Origin: an uncultured bacterium
GTDB lineage: Bacteria > Margulisbacteria > WOR-1 > CAVSGV01
Direction of reading: 5' to 3'
Assembly: GCA_963699255.1 (NCBI GenBank)
Contig: OY969425.1
Coordinates: 1,590,001 to 1,622,000 of the forward strand
Length of the DNA stretch: 32,000 bases
Shown here: piece by piece, positions 13,064 through 21,862 of the stretch
How positions within the stretch are numbered: the first letter of the stretch is position 1
Layout: each line of letters begins with the position of its first letter
The notes under the pieces: model-generated
Told to the model about the DNA's origin: nothing
Database searches by the model: none
The model's input: only the letters and a program-made list of their open reading frames with translations
Program-made: the position numbers and the translations under genes

Positions 13064-13621
13064 ATGAAACCCCTGGTCGTATATTTTTCGCTGCATGGCA
13101 ATACGAGGTTCATAGCCGAGAATATCGCGCTTGAAACGGGCGCGGATATCCTAGAGATCAAAACGATAATTCCCTATAAGCCCGGTTCACCTTTCATGGC
13201 CATAAAAGGATTCATTCAGGTCCTCACGCGTTTTACGCCGAGATTAAGCTCCTTTGATAGGAACCCGAATTCATATGACATTATATTTATAGGTTCGCCC
13301 GTATGGGCCGGTACTTATTCACCGGCAATAAGTTCATTTTTCCAGAAGATCGACCTCAAAGACAGGAAGGTGGCCGTATTCTGCTGCCACAGCGGGCGCG
13401 CAGGCGGAACGCTCGGCAATATGAAAGAATGCCTCGCCTGCAGCGATGTCGTGGGAGAGAAAAGTTTCTTTAAGCCTCTGACATTTGAAAAGATCAGGAA
13501 TGCCAATGTTGCCAGAAGGTGGGCCGGTGAAATGATCAATAAGACCATAATGATAAGCTCATCCAATGGGTCCCATAGTAATGATACCGGGCAAACGATC
13601 AAATCATGCATAAATTTTTAG
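13064..13621 (+). CDS. Flavodoxin-like protein
   Basis: 185 aa. MKPLVVYFSLHGNTRFIAENIA (FMN phosphate-binding loop type), IFIGSPVWAGTYSP and VAVFCCHSG. Confidence 0.7.
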   Translation: MKPLVVYFSLHGNTRFIAENIALETGADILEIKTIIPYKPGSPFMAIKGFIQVLTRFTPRLSSFDRNPNSYDIIFIGSPVWAGTYSPAISSFFQKIDLKDRKVAVFCCHSGRAGGTLGNMKECLACSDVVGEKSFFKPLTFEKIRNANVARRWAGEMINKTIMISSSNGSHSNDTGQTIKSCINF

Positions 13622-13688
13622 TTATAATGAGCCAGCATCGGGATCCTTCATATTTGATAATAACGCTTCTATGTTGTAGAGTATATAT

Positions 13689-14375
13689 ATGCCAGATATC
13701 CTTATAATTGACGATGAAAGGGACATAGTCGAGGCGATCGAATACAACCTCAAAAAGGAAGGGTTTTCCACTCACAAGAGTTTTGACGGCATGAACGGCC
13801 TTCGGATCGCGAAAGAAATGGTTCCGGACCTCATCATTCTTGACCTTATGCTACCGGGAATGAACGGCATCGAACTGTGCAAAACCCTGAAAAAGGACGA
13901 CAGAACATCAAAGATACCCGTCATCATGCTTACCGCAAAAAAACAGGAAGTTGATAAGATCGTCGGCCTTGAGGTCGGCGCGGATGATTACATGGTCAAG
14001 CCTTTCAGCGTGAAAGAGCTCATAGCCAGGGTCAAGGCGATACTGCGCAGGTATATATCAATCCCGAAAGGGGAAAAAGCAAAGTCCGTGGTCATGTTCT
14101 CCGATGTAAAGATAGACCTGGACCGGCACGAGGTCACGGTAAAAGGAAAGCCGGTCGAGCTGTCCGCGAAAGAATTCAAACTTCTCGAATTCCTCGCGAC
14201 CAACAAAAATAAGGTGTTTTCAAGGGAACGCCTTCTTGACGATGTCTGGGGAATATCCGCCGAGGTTGAAACAAGGACGGTTGACGTTCATGTCACGAGA
14301 TTAAGGGAAAAGCTCGGGAAGGCCGGCGACCACATCCAGACCGTGAGGGGTTTTGGATATAAGTTAAAAGAATAA
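13689..14375 (+). CDS. phoB: OmpR/PhoB-family response regulator (phosphate regulon)
   Basis: 228 aa. Receiver domain (ILIIDDE...DLIILDLMLPGMNG...MLTAK) plus a winged-helix C-terminus (LSAKEFKLLEFLA...VDVHVTRLREKL...IQTVRGFGYKL). Context: phoR and pst genes are adjacent. Confidence 0.9.
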   Translation: MPDILIIDDERDIVEAIEYNLKKEGFSTHKSFDGMNGLRIAKEMVPDLIILDLMLPGMNGIELCKTLKKDDRTSKIPVIMLTAKKQEVDKIVGLEVGADDYMVKPFSVKELIARVKAILRRYISIPKGEKAKSVVMFSDVKIDLDRHEVTVKGKPVELSAKEFKLLEFLATNKNKVFSRERLLDDVWGISAEVETRTVDVHVTRLREKLGKAGDHIQTVRGFGYKLKE

Positions 14376-15707
14376 ATGGAAAAGGACATATACTGGAAGA
14401 TACTGGTTTCTTACCTGGTGATCGTCGGGATCTGCCTGCTGATAGTATTTTTTGCGAAGACCAGCATCATTTCCTTCACAGTGATCATACTGCTGCTGAC
14501 GATACACTCATCGTATATGGCCGCTTTTTTTGTGCGTCACATCGACAGCTTCTCCGACGCCATAAACGCCATTTCAAATGGCAATTTCAAGGCGCTTACC
14601 CAAAGGAAAGCTGAATCGGAGTTCAGCAGGATCGAAGACGCCATATTCGATCTTCAGGAAAAACTCTCGGTCACTATCAACGCGCTCTCCGATTCACAGA
14701 ACAAGCTGAAGACGATCCTGTCCTCCATGGTCGAAGGTGTCATCGCCGTGGATAAGGATGAGAACATAATGATACTGAATGATTCCGCGAGAGAAATGCT
14801 GGGGCTCGTCGGCGAAGACCTTGTCGGGCGGAATATTTCGGAAAGAATAAGGCAGCCCGAGGTTAAGGAGATCATAAAGATGGTGTTGTCGGAAAAAGCT
14901 CCAAGGGAAAGCGAGATAATAGTTTACGGGCCTGAAGAAAAAATACTGCTCGTGATGGGAGCTTCCACTAAGGGCGGGGGCGCGGTTGCGGTGCTTCATG
15001 ATATAACGAGGCAGAAAAAACTTGAGAGGATCCGCACTGAGTTCGCTGCCAATGTGTCGCACGAGCTCAAGACCCCGCTCACATCGATAAAGGCCGCTGT
15101 CGAGACCCTTCAGGAAGGCGCCATAAATGACCAGGCTCATAATGGGGAGTTCCTTGATAAGATCCGCAGGAACTCGGACCGGCTCACCTTTCTTATAGAC
15201 GATCTTCTTGAACTGTCCTCACTGGAAGCGCGGAAATCTCCCGATCAACTGAAGGAATATCGATTGCTTGATATTGTGGAACGAGCCGTTGATACGGTAT
15301 CGGAAAAAGCCGAAAAGAAACAGGTATCGATCAACGTCGTTCTTCATGACACGAATTGTGAGGTTGTATGCAATGAGGAACATATCGTGAGAGTGCTGAT
15401 AAACCTGATCGATAACGCGATCAAATATAATAGGGACAGAGGCGTGATAGACATAACTTCTGAAGAAGCGGGTAATTTTATAAAAATAAGCGTCATCGAT
15501 ACCGGCATAGGGATAGAAGAAAAACACCTGCCGAGGCTTTTTGAAAGGTTCTATACGGTGGATAAGGCCAGGTCCAGAGAGCTCGGCGGAACGGGCCTCG
15601 GGCTTTCGATCGCAAAACACATCGTGGAGCTTAACGGCGGCACGATATCGGTTTCAAGCAGACCCGGAGAAGGATCCACATTCAGCTTCACCCTGAAGAA
15701 AAGCTAA
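14376..15707 (+). CDS. phoR: PhoR-type sensor histidine kinase
   Basis: 443 aa. Two N-terminal TM segments, a PAS-like region, the H-box FAANVSHELKTPLTSI, the N-box LIDNAIKYN, and G-boxes DTGIGI / GGTGLGLSI. It starts directly after the phoB stop. Confidence 0.87.
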   Translation: MEKDIYWKILVSYLVIVGICLLIVFFAKTSIISFTVIILLLTIHSSYMAAFFVRHIDSFSDAINAISNGNFKALTQRKAESEFSRIEDAIFDLQEKLSVTINALSDSQNKLKTILSSMVEGVIAVDKDENIMILNDSAREMLGLVGEDLVGRNISERIRQPEVKEIIKMVLSEKAPRESEIIVYGPEEKILLVMGASTKGGGAVAVLHDITRQKKLERIRTEFAANVSHELKTPLTSIKAAVETLQEGAINDQAHNGEFLDKIRRNSDRLTFLIDDLLELSSLEARKSPDQLKEYRLLDIVERAVDTVSEKAEKKQVSINVVLHDTNCEVVCNEEHIVRVLINLIDNAIKYNRDRGVIDITSEEAGNFIKISVIDTGIGIEEKHLPRLFERFYTVDKARSRELGGTGLGLSIAKHIVELNGGTISVSSRPGEGSTFSFTLKKS

Positions 15708-15760
15708 GCATCTCTTCAGGGTTGACTCTGAAAAAAGCCTGATCATCCGCCAGATTTAAT

Positions 15761-15813
15761 TTACCTTCCTGTTACATAAGCTACATATTCCCGTAACCTC
15801 GCTCCGCCATAAT
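15761..15813 (+). promoter_or_regulatory. Candidate Pho boxes plus -10 element upstream of the porin gene
   Basis: TTACC (15761), TTACA (15772), TACAT (15782) and TAACC (15794) occur with about 11-bp phasing. CATAAT follows at 15808-15813. The porin ATG is about 100 nt downstream. Confidence 0.4.
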
Positions 15814-15912
15814 TGCGTCCGTTGAAAGTGCAAAAGTCGGTACGCGGGGAGGTGAGAACAAAAAAAATAGTGAGAGGTTCTTGATCGGCATTGTTAAAGG
15901 AGGTAGAAAAAG

Positions 15913-17022
15913 ATGAAAAATTTCGTAATATTAAGTTTGGCGGTATTGATGCTTGCGACCTTTACGCATAGTGTTTTCGCGGATGCGGCAAGCTTTTCGT
16001 TCAGCGGTTATACCTGGCTTAGGGAAACCGGAGTATCCGACATGTATAAGGATACGAGCCTTAATTCTTCAAAGATGTCTGTCGAAAGAACATACCTCAC
16101 CGTTAATATGAACTATGAGGACAACATCGCAGGCAGGCTCACACTGGATATGCCGATGAAAGCCGGTACTAACGCAAAGAACAATGATTGGACGACTTTC
16201 GTAAAATATTTGTATGTTGATGTAAAGAACCAGCTTCCGCTTGATACGACCATCAGGATAGGTCAGCAGCCTGTCTATTTCGCAATGATCGACAAGTGGG
16301 ACTATTCGATAATATACAAGAACCTGGAGGATAACCTGGGACTCCTGTCCAGCGCCGATCTCGGCGTTGGTCTCCTTGGATACCTACCCGGTGGATGGGG
16401 TGATTTCCAGTTAGCGGCTTATGGCGGTAATGGATATGCAATGCCGACGGAAACGGACAACAACGCGGCAACAGATATCAGCCTGAACGTGATACCGCTT
16501 CCCGGACTTTCTATCAGGGGATCGATATACAATTCAATGGTAAGCACGCTTGACGCTTCGAAAGTCAATGACGGGGCGCAGACCGGAAAATGGTATAACG
16601 GCGTTGCTGTGAATTATAACTACGGGCCGCTGTGGTTCATGTGGGAAGGCGTGGAAGGGATGAAGCCTAACACCCTGGATACTGACAGCAGCAAAGTATC
16701 CGGCAATTCAAAGATGGTGCTCTGGAACCTCAATGAGCAATGGCAGGTCGCTGTGAGAGAGGACGTTTATGATCCGGACGTGAACAATGACTACAATTCG
16801 GTTTACGGAAGAGCTGCCAACGTCCAGGATGCGCTTAATTCGAAGCAGGACAAGATGATGTACGGCATCAACTATCAGTGGTTCAAAGACCTGAAGGTGC
16901 AACTGGATTGGTCGACGCTGAAGTATGATATAGGCACTCAGGACATAACACCTACAGCGACGGTAAAGACGCCAGCTTATACCGATACGCAAACTGTGCT
17001 GCAGTTGGTGTGGTCGTTCTAA
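15913..17022 (+). CDS. Outer-membrane beta-barrel porin, probably Pho-regulon (phosphate/anion) porin
   Basis: 369 aa. Signal peptide MKNFVILSLAVLMLATFTHSVFA/DA, alternating beta-strand pattern, Asn/Tyr/Gly-rich, C-terminal LQLVWSF. Strong RBS AAAGGAGG. Located between phoR and pstS. Confidence 0.6.
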   Translation: MKNFVILSLAVLMLATFTHSVFADAASFSFSGYTWLRETGVSDMYKDTSLNSSKMSVERTYLTVNMNYEDNIAGRLTLDMPMKAGTNAKNNDWTTFVKYLYVDVKNQLPLDTTIRIGQQPVYFAMIDKWDYSIIYKNLEDNLGLLSSADLGVGLLGYLPGGWGDFQLAAYGGNGYAMPTETDNNAATDISLNVIPLPGLSIRGSIYNSMVSTLDASKVNDGAQTGKWYNGVAVNYNYGPLWFMWEGVEGMKPNTLDTDSSKVSGNSKMVLWNLNEQWQVAVREDVYDPDVNNDYNSVYGRAANVQDALNSKQDKMMYGINYQWFKDLKVQLDWSTLKYDIGTQDITPTATVKTPAYTDTQTVLQLVWSF

Positions 17023-17034
17023 TGAACAAGCTTG

Positions 17035-17081
17035 TTACAAGGATTTAACATTACTGTAACATTGCTGGTGGATAATATAGT
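17035..17081 (+). promoter_or_regulatory. Candidate Pho boxes plus -10 element upstream of pstS
   Basis: TTACA (17035), TAACA (17046) and TAACA (17057) are exactly 11 bp apart. GATAAT/TATAGT-like -10 elements follow at 17071-17081. RBS AAAAAGGAGGG precedes ATG 17103. Confidence 0.45.
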
Positions 17082-17102
17082 AGTAAAAAAGGAGGGTTTA
17101 AG

Positions 17103-17959
17103 ATGAAAAAGTTAATGACGTGTTTGATGATAATGGCGTTAATGACATCCGCCGCGATGGCAAAGACGCTCCAGATAAAGGGTTCTGACACTGAGCTGAA
17201 TGCGGTGCAGGCGATATCCGAGGCGTACATGAACAAGAACCAGGATGCTTCCATAGCGGTTACCGGAGGCGGTTCGGGAGCAGGCTTTGCCGCTCTTGTG
17301 AACGGCAAGGTGGATATAGCTATAGCCTCAAGGTCAATAAGCGCCAGCGAGATGAACCAGTGCAGAGCGAAGGGAATAAGCCCCAACTATATCGTTTTCG
17401 GTATAGACGGGCTCTCAGTAATAGTGAACGGCGCCAATCAGGTGAAAGACCTGTCCGTTGAACAGATCGCAAAGATATATAAGGGCGAGATAACCAACTG
17501 GAAAGATGTTGGAGGCCGCGACATGGCGATATCGCTTTACGGAAGGCAGTCAAGCTCCGGAACCTTCGTGTATTTCCGCCAGAACGTGATGAAAGGTGAA
17601 TACAGCACGAAGATGAACAGGATGGCGGGAATGCTGAGATAGTCGATGCGGTGAAAGCCGACAGGTCCGGCATAGGGTACGTAGGCGTGGGTTATACCCA
17701 GCAGAATGGTAAGTTGGTCGACGGGATAGCCGTGCTTACTGTTAACGGTGTTTCTCCTCTGGACGAAGCGAGCGTCGTGACGGGGAAATATCCGATCTCG
17801 AGGCCGCTGTACCATTACTTTAACGGGAAGCCGTCTGGTGACGCGAAAGCGTTCATGGAGTTCGAGCTTTCTGATGAAGGCCAGAACATACTGAAGGCCC
17901 AGGGCTTTTATAAGGTAACACCGGATTACGCTGAGATAAACAAGGCTAACCTCGAATAG
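17103..17959 (+). pseudogene. pstS: Phosphate ABC transporter substrate-binding protein PstS, interrupted by a 1-nt deletion-type frameshift
   Basis: ORF 17103..17642 (signal peptide, TGGGSGAGFAAL) stops at TAG 17640. The protein continues in the -1 frame, which is open from 17600 (…GGNAEIVDAVKADRSGIGYVGVGY…). One extra nt in GCGGGAATGC (~17628-17631) would restore ...NRMAGNAEIV... Confidence 0.85.
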
Positions 17960-17975
17960 AGGTTAGTGTTTTCTT
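17946..17975 (+). terminator. Intrinsic-terminator-like hairpin at the pstS stop codon
   Basis: CTAACCTC (17946-53) pairs with GAGGTTAG (17959-66) around a 5-nt loop. The hairpin encloses TAG 17957-59 and is followed by TGTTTTCTT. Confidence 0.5.
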
Positions 17976-17985
17976 CATAGGCCTT

Positions 17986-18011
17986 GAGCTCTCCGATTTA
18001 TCGGAGGGCTC
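17986..18011 (+). promoter_or_regulatory. Second pstS-pstC intercistronic stem-loop
   Basis: GAGCTCTCCGAT / ATCGGAGGGCTC form 12-nt arms with one mismatch. It lies just 5' of the pstC RBS (AGGAG). Confidence 0.4.
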
Positions 18012-18033
18012 TTGGCTTATGTTAGGAGAATGA

Positions 18034-18919
18034 ATGTTAAAGTCGAGCAGTAAGAACAAAATCGAATCATTGCTGGAGGCACTTTTTATAGCCAGCGCTT
18101 TCCTTTCAGTTGTTGTACTGGCGGGAATATTTATTCTTTTGATAGTCAATTCTTTTCCGGCGTTCAGGGATATCCGCATATTAGATTTTCTTAAACCTAT
18201 TTGGAACCCCGATGGTTATGACGAGTCGACTTACGGTATATTAGCGATGCTGGTAAGCACCGTGATGGTGACAATTGGAGCACTTATATTCGCGGTGCCG
18301 ATAGGCATTTTCACCGCGGCGTACATGGCGGAGATCGCCCCGCCCAGACAGAGAGAAATAATCAAGCCTGTCATAGAAATACTTGCCGGAATTCCTTCGG
18401 TGGTCGTGGGATTTCTGGGGATCGTTGTGCTGTCGCCGATGATAGCGAAGGATCTTTCATCTCTCGAACGGGCTTAACGCCGTCAATGGCTCGATACTGC
18501 TGGGGATAATGGCGCTTCCTACCATCATCAGCATTTCGGAAGACGCCATCGTGATGGTCCCGAATCATTACAAAGAAGGCTCCTACGCGCTCGGCGCGAA
18601 TAAATGGCAGACCCTTTTCTTTGTCACCCTTCCGGCGGCGTCATCCGGAATATTGGCTTCCGTAATGCTTGGAATGGGCAGGGCGGTCGGCGAGACCATG
18701 ACGGTGCTTATGGCTACGGGGAACGCTTCGGCAATGCCGGCATCCTTCTTTGATTCGGTAAGAACAATGACCGCGACGATAGCCATTGAATTGGGCGAAG
18801 TCCCATACGATACCACCCACTACTACGCGTTATTTGCTGTGGGCCTTTACGTGTTCATTATCACCTTTGTTATAAATCTCGTGGCCGATCATTATATGCA
18901 TAAGGTGAAAAAATACTGA
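18034..18919 (+). pseudogene. pstC: Phosphate ABC transporter permease PstC, interrupted by a 1-nt insertion-type frameshift
   Basis: ORF 18034..18477 ends ...SPMIAKDLSSLERA*. The +1 frame is open from 18446 and reads RRIFHLSNGLNAVNGSILLGIMALPTIISISEDAI…EAA-loop…GETM. Removing one G at GCGAAGGATC (~18450-18451) gives ...MIAKIFHLSNGLNA... Confidence 0.85.
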
Positions 18920-18920
18920 T

Positions 18921-19784
18921 ATGCAAAAGATATCGAAACTAAAAAGATACGAAGGGGCCATCGAGTGGCTTATCATGCTGCCCGTTCTCCTGGTCATAAT
19001 GATAATCGCATGGATAGTGATAGATATCCTGATAAAAGGGATCGGTGTCATCAACATCGGATTTTTACTTACACCTCCGAGGGACGGAATGACCAAAGGC
19101 GGGATACTGCCCTGCATACTGGGGACATTCTACGTGACGATGATAACGGCGCTGTTCGCGATACCCGTGGGAGTGTTCGCCGCCATCTATTTGAACGAAT
19201 ACGCGAAGGATTCAAAGATGAACAGGCTGATCAGGCTTTCGATCCGCAATCTCTCGGGCGTGCCCTCGATAGTATACGGCCTTTTCGGGGTGGCCCTTTT
19301 CGTCAATTCCATGAGGCTGGGGACATCGATCATTTCCTCGGGGTTGACTTTGGGTCTTCTTACGCTTCCCTGGACGATAACGGCAAGCGAAGAAGCTCTT
19401 AAATCGGTCCCCGACGCGTATAGAGCAGGTTCTCTTGCTCTCGGCGCCACAAAATGGCAGATGATACGGACATCGGTACTTCCTTACGCGATACCGGGGA
19501 TCCTGACAGGAGCGATACTTGGGTTGTCGCGAGCCGCGGGAGAGACCGCGCCGCTTTTGTTCACCGGCGTGGCTTTCTATATACCGCACCTTCCCAGGTC
19601 CCCGTTCGACCAGTTCATGGCGCTTCCTTACCACCTTTTCGTTATGTCGACCCAGCACCATGACATCATCGGCGTCAGGCCTATCGCTTACGGGACTGCC
19701 GCGGTGCTCCTGTTCTTCATATTGATGTTCAATTCAATAGCCATATATATCAGGTACAAGTTCAGGCAGATCAGGAGGGTATAA
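18921..19784 (+). CDS. pstA: Phosphate ABC transporter permease PstA (intact)
   Basis: 287 aa with six TM segments. [35 protein letters not shown] and [15 protein letters not shown]. Confidence 0.9.
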   Translation: MQKISKLKRYEGAIEWLIMLPVLLVIMIIAWIVIDILIKGIGVINIGFLLTPPRDGMTKGGILPCILGTFYVTMITALFAIPVGVFAAIYLNEYAKDSKMNRLIRLSIRNLSGVPSIVYGLFGVALFVNSMRLGTSIISSGLTLGLLTLPWTITASEEALKSVPDAYRAGSLALGATKWQMIRTSVLPYAIPGILTGAILGLSRAAGETAPLLFTGVAFYIPHLPRSPFDQFMALPYHLFVMSTQHHDIIGVRPIAYGTAAVLLFFILMFNSIAIYIRYKFRQIRRV

Positions 19785-20551
19785 ATGAACGAAGAAATAT
19801 CCATAGAGGTGAAAGGTTTCAATTTCTATCTACGGCGAACGATAAGGCGCTTAAGAATATCAATCTTAAGCTGAAAAATAAGCACGTGAGCGCGCTTATA
19901 GGCCCTTCGGGATGCGGCAAATCCACGTTCCTGCGTTCGCTGAACAGGATGAACGACATAATAAAGAATACACGGATAGAAGGGACCATGATGATCGACG
20001 GGCAGGATATTTATGCTCCGGAAGTGGACGTGACGGCGCTCAGAAGGAAAGTGGGCATGGTCTTCCAGAAATCAAATCCATTCCCGAAATCGATATTCGA
20101 GAACGTGGCGTACGGAATAAAAATAAACAAGATAACCGATGATAAGGACAGGATCGAGGAGATGGTGGTGGAAAGCCTGAAGGCGGCCGCGATATGGGAC
20201 GAAGTGAAGGATTAGCTGGACAAGAACGCGCTTGACCTCTCCGGAGGGCAGCAGCAGAGGCTTTGCATCGCAAGAGCGCTCGCGGTAAAACCTGAGATCA
20301 TTTTAATGGATGAGCCGGCGTCCGCGCTGGACCCGATATCGACGGCAAAGATAGAAGAGCTGATACACGAGCTGAAGAAGCAGTATACTATCGTGATAGT
20401 GACCCATAATATGCAGCAAGCGGCGAGGGTTTCCGACATGACCGGTTTCTTTCTATTGGGCGAGCTGATAGAATTCGGCGTTACGAACGAGATATTCACG
20501 GCTCCGAGCGACAAGAGGACAGAAGATTACATTACCGGAAGGTTCGGATGA
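19785..20551 (+). pseudogene. pstB: Phosphate ABC transporter ATPase PstB with a 5' frame disruption and an in-frame TAG
   Basis: ATG 19785 follows the pstA stop. Frame 0 reads [15 protein letters not shown] and then runs into a stop. The Walker A segment ([12 protein letters not shown]) is in the -1 frame. TAG at 20213-20215 interrupts [27 protein letters not shown] in frame. The rest ([28 protein letters not shown]) is conserved. Confidence 0.9.
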
Positions 20552-20569
20552 TCCCAAAAAGGAGGATGT

Positions 20570-21283
20570 ATGAACGCGGAACACAGGACGTTCGATGACG
20601 AGCTAAAAGAATTGAACAGGATGATACTTGAGATGGGAGGCCTTGTGGAAGGGTCCATTTCCAGGGCCGTCGAGTCGCTCAAAAATAAGGACGAGGAAAT
20701 GGCCAAGGACGTGATAAGGGGCGACGACAGGACGAACAAGCTTGAGGTGGAAATAGACGAGAAATGCGTAAGCCTTCTGGCGCTGCGCCAGCCCATGGCG
20801 GTGGACCTGCGTTTCATAACAACCGGCATGAGAATAGCCACGGACATTGAGAGAATAGGTGACCTCGCCGTGGACATAGCCGAACGCTCGCTCGAGATGG
20901 TGGCTCAGCCCCTTCCGAAGCCGCTGATAGATATACCAAAACTTGCCGATGTCGCGAAGAAAATGGTGAAGGGGGCTCTTGATTCTTTCGTTAACAGGGA
21001 TATCGATATCGCAAGAGAGGTGTGGAATTCAGATGATGAAGCGGACCATTACAGGGACCTGATCCAGGATGAACTTATAGATGTTATGATGCACGACCAA
21101 TCCGTTATCCCGCAATCGGTCCTTTTGATATTCGTCGCAAGGCATCTTGAGAGGATATGCGACCACGCCACCAACATCGCCGAGGACGTGGTTTACATGG
21201 TTGAAGCCAAGATGATAAAGCACAACGTTGATGAGCTGAAAAAATTCATAGGGAAGGACTGGAAAGAAAAGAAGAAAATATAA
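20570..21283 (+). CDS. phoU: Phosphate signalling complex protein PhoU
   Basis: 237 aa. Two PhoU repeats (IERIGDLAVDIAE / LERICDHATNIAEDVVY). RBS AAAAGGAGG. Confidence 0.93.
   Translation: MNAEHRTFDDELKELNRMILEMGGLVEGSISRAVESLKNKDEEMAKDVIRGDDRTNKLEVEIDEKCVSLLALRQPMAVDLRFITTGMRIATDIERIGDLAVDIAERSLEMVAQPLPKPLIDIPKLADVAKKMVKGALDSFVNRDIDIAREVWNSDDEADHYRDLIQDELIDVMMHDQSVIPQSVLLIFVARHLERICDHATNIAEDVVYMVEAKMIKHNVDELKKFIGKDWKEKKKI
21236..21283 (+). repeat. phoU 3' end, copy 1 of a direct duplication
   Basis: Encodes LKKFIGKDWKEKKKI*. The 23-nt core AAGGACTGGAAAGAAAAGAAGAA (21254-21276) is identical to 21698-21720. Confidence 0.85.
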
Positions 21284-21307
21284 ACGTGAAAAGGAGGGAG
21301 AGTAAAA

Positions 21308-21661
21308 ATGGAAAAAGTTGCGATCATTATTAATGATGCGCCCTACGGAACGGAAAGGCCTTGGAATGCGCTGAGATTGTGTAAGGCTCTTGCGGTGGCG
21401 AAGCAAAATATTGTCATCTGTCTTGTTGGAGATGGTGTTTTGATCGCAAAAAAAGGACAGCAGCCCCCAAAAGGTTTTTATAATATCGGATCGATGCTCC
21501 AGGAATTGATTTCGCTGGGAGCCGAAACCATAGCTTGCAGAACATGCACCGATGCAAGGGGGCTTGGCCAGGATGAAATCATTGACGGCGTAAAAGTAGG
21601 GGGATTTATGACTTATTTGGCCAAATTGATAGCCGAGGGCGCAAAGGTCATTTCTTTTTGA
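21308..21661 (+). CDS. DsrE/DsrF/TusD-like sulfur-relay family protein
   Basis: 117 aa. MEKVAIIINDAPYGTER, VGDGV, and a conserved Cys region IACRTCTDARGL, which is typical DsrE-family architecture. Own strong RBS AAAAGGAGGGAG. Confidence 0.7.
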   Translation: MEKVAIIINDAPYGTERPWNALRLCKALAVAKQNIVICLVGDGVLIAKKGQQPPKGFYNIGSMLQELISLGAETIACRTCTDARGLGQDEIIDGVKVGGFMTYLAKLIAEGAKVISF

Positions 21662-21682
21662 AGTAAAATAATTTATATATCA

Positions 21683-21727
21683 TTGAAAAATATCGGCAAG
21701 GACTGGAAAGAAAAGAAGAAGATATGA
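21683..21727 (+). repeat. Relic copy of the phoU 3' end (copy 2 of the duplication)
   Basis: TTG AAA AAT ATC GGC AAG GAC TGG AAA GAA AAG AAG AAG ATA TGA translates to LKNIGKDWKEKKKI*. It has the same stop position as phoU but is not part of any longer ORF. Confidence 0.8.
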
Positions 21728-21730
21728 GTC

Positions 21731-21756
21731 ATTCTGAGGCCGAAGGCGCTCAGAAT
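21731..21756 (+). terminator. Stem-loop 1 of the convergent-gene terminator cluster
   Basis: ATTCTGAG (21731-38) pairs with CTCAGAAT (21749-56). Inner GCC/GGC pairing is also possible. Confidence 0.45.
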
Positions 21757-21775
21757 CTGCCTTTAATAAACACAG

Positions 21776-21808
21776 ACACTGAGTCCCCGCCATGGCGGGG
21801 CTCAGTGT
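21776..21808. terminator. Strong GC-rich hairpin, probable bidirectional terminator
   Basis: ACACTGAG-T-CCCCGC CATG GCGGGG CTCAGTGT gives a 14-bp stem with one bulge. On the minus strand it is followed by CTGTGTTTATT. Confidence 0.6.
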
Positions 21809-21862
21809 GACAAAGCCCATTGTAGTAGATTATGATACCAATATATTTTGGGGTGAGGGCGT

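Noticed and set aside
20213-20215. In-frame TAG in pstB as possible recoding (pyrrolysine, suppression or stop-codon reassignment)
   Set aside because: TAG is used as the ordinary stop of atpZ, atpE, atpH, murA, ybeY and pstS in this same window, at positions matching the normal protein ends. No pyl genes or PYLIS-like context were seen. pstB also has an independent frame disruption, so simple inactivation is more parsimonious.
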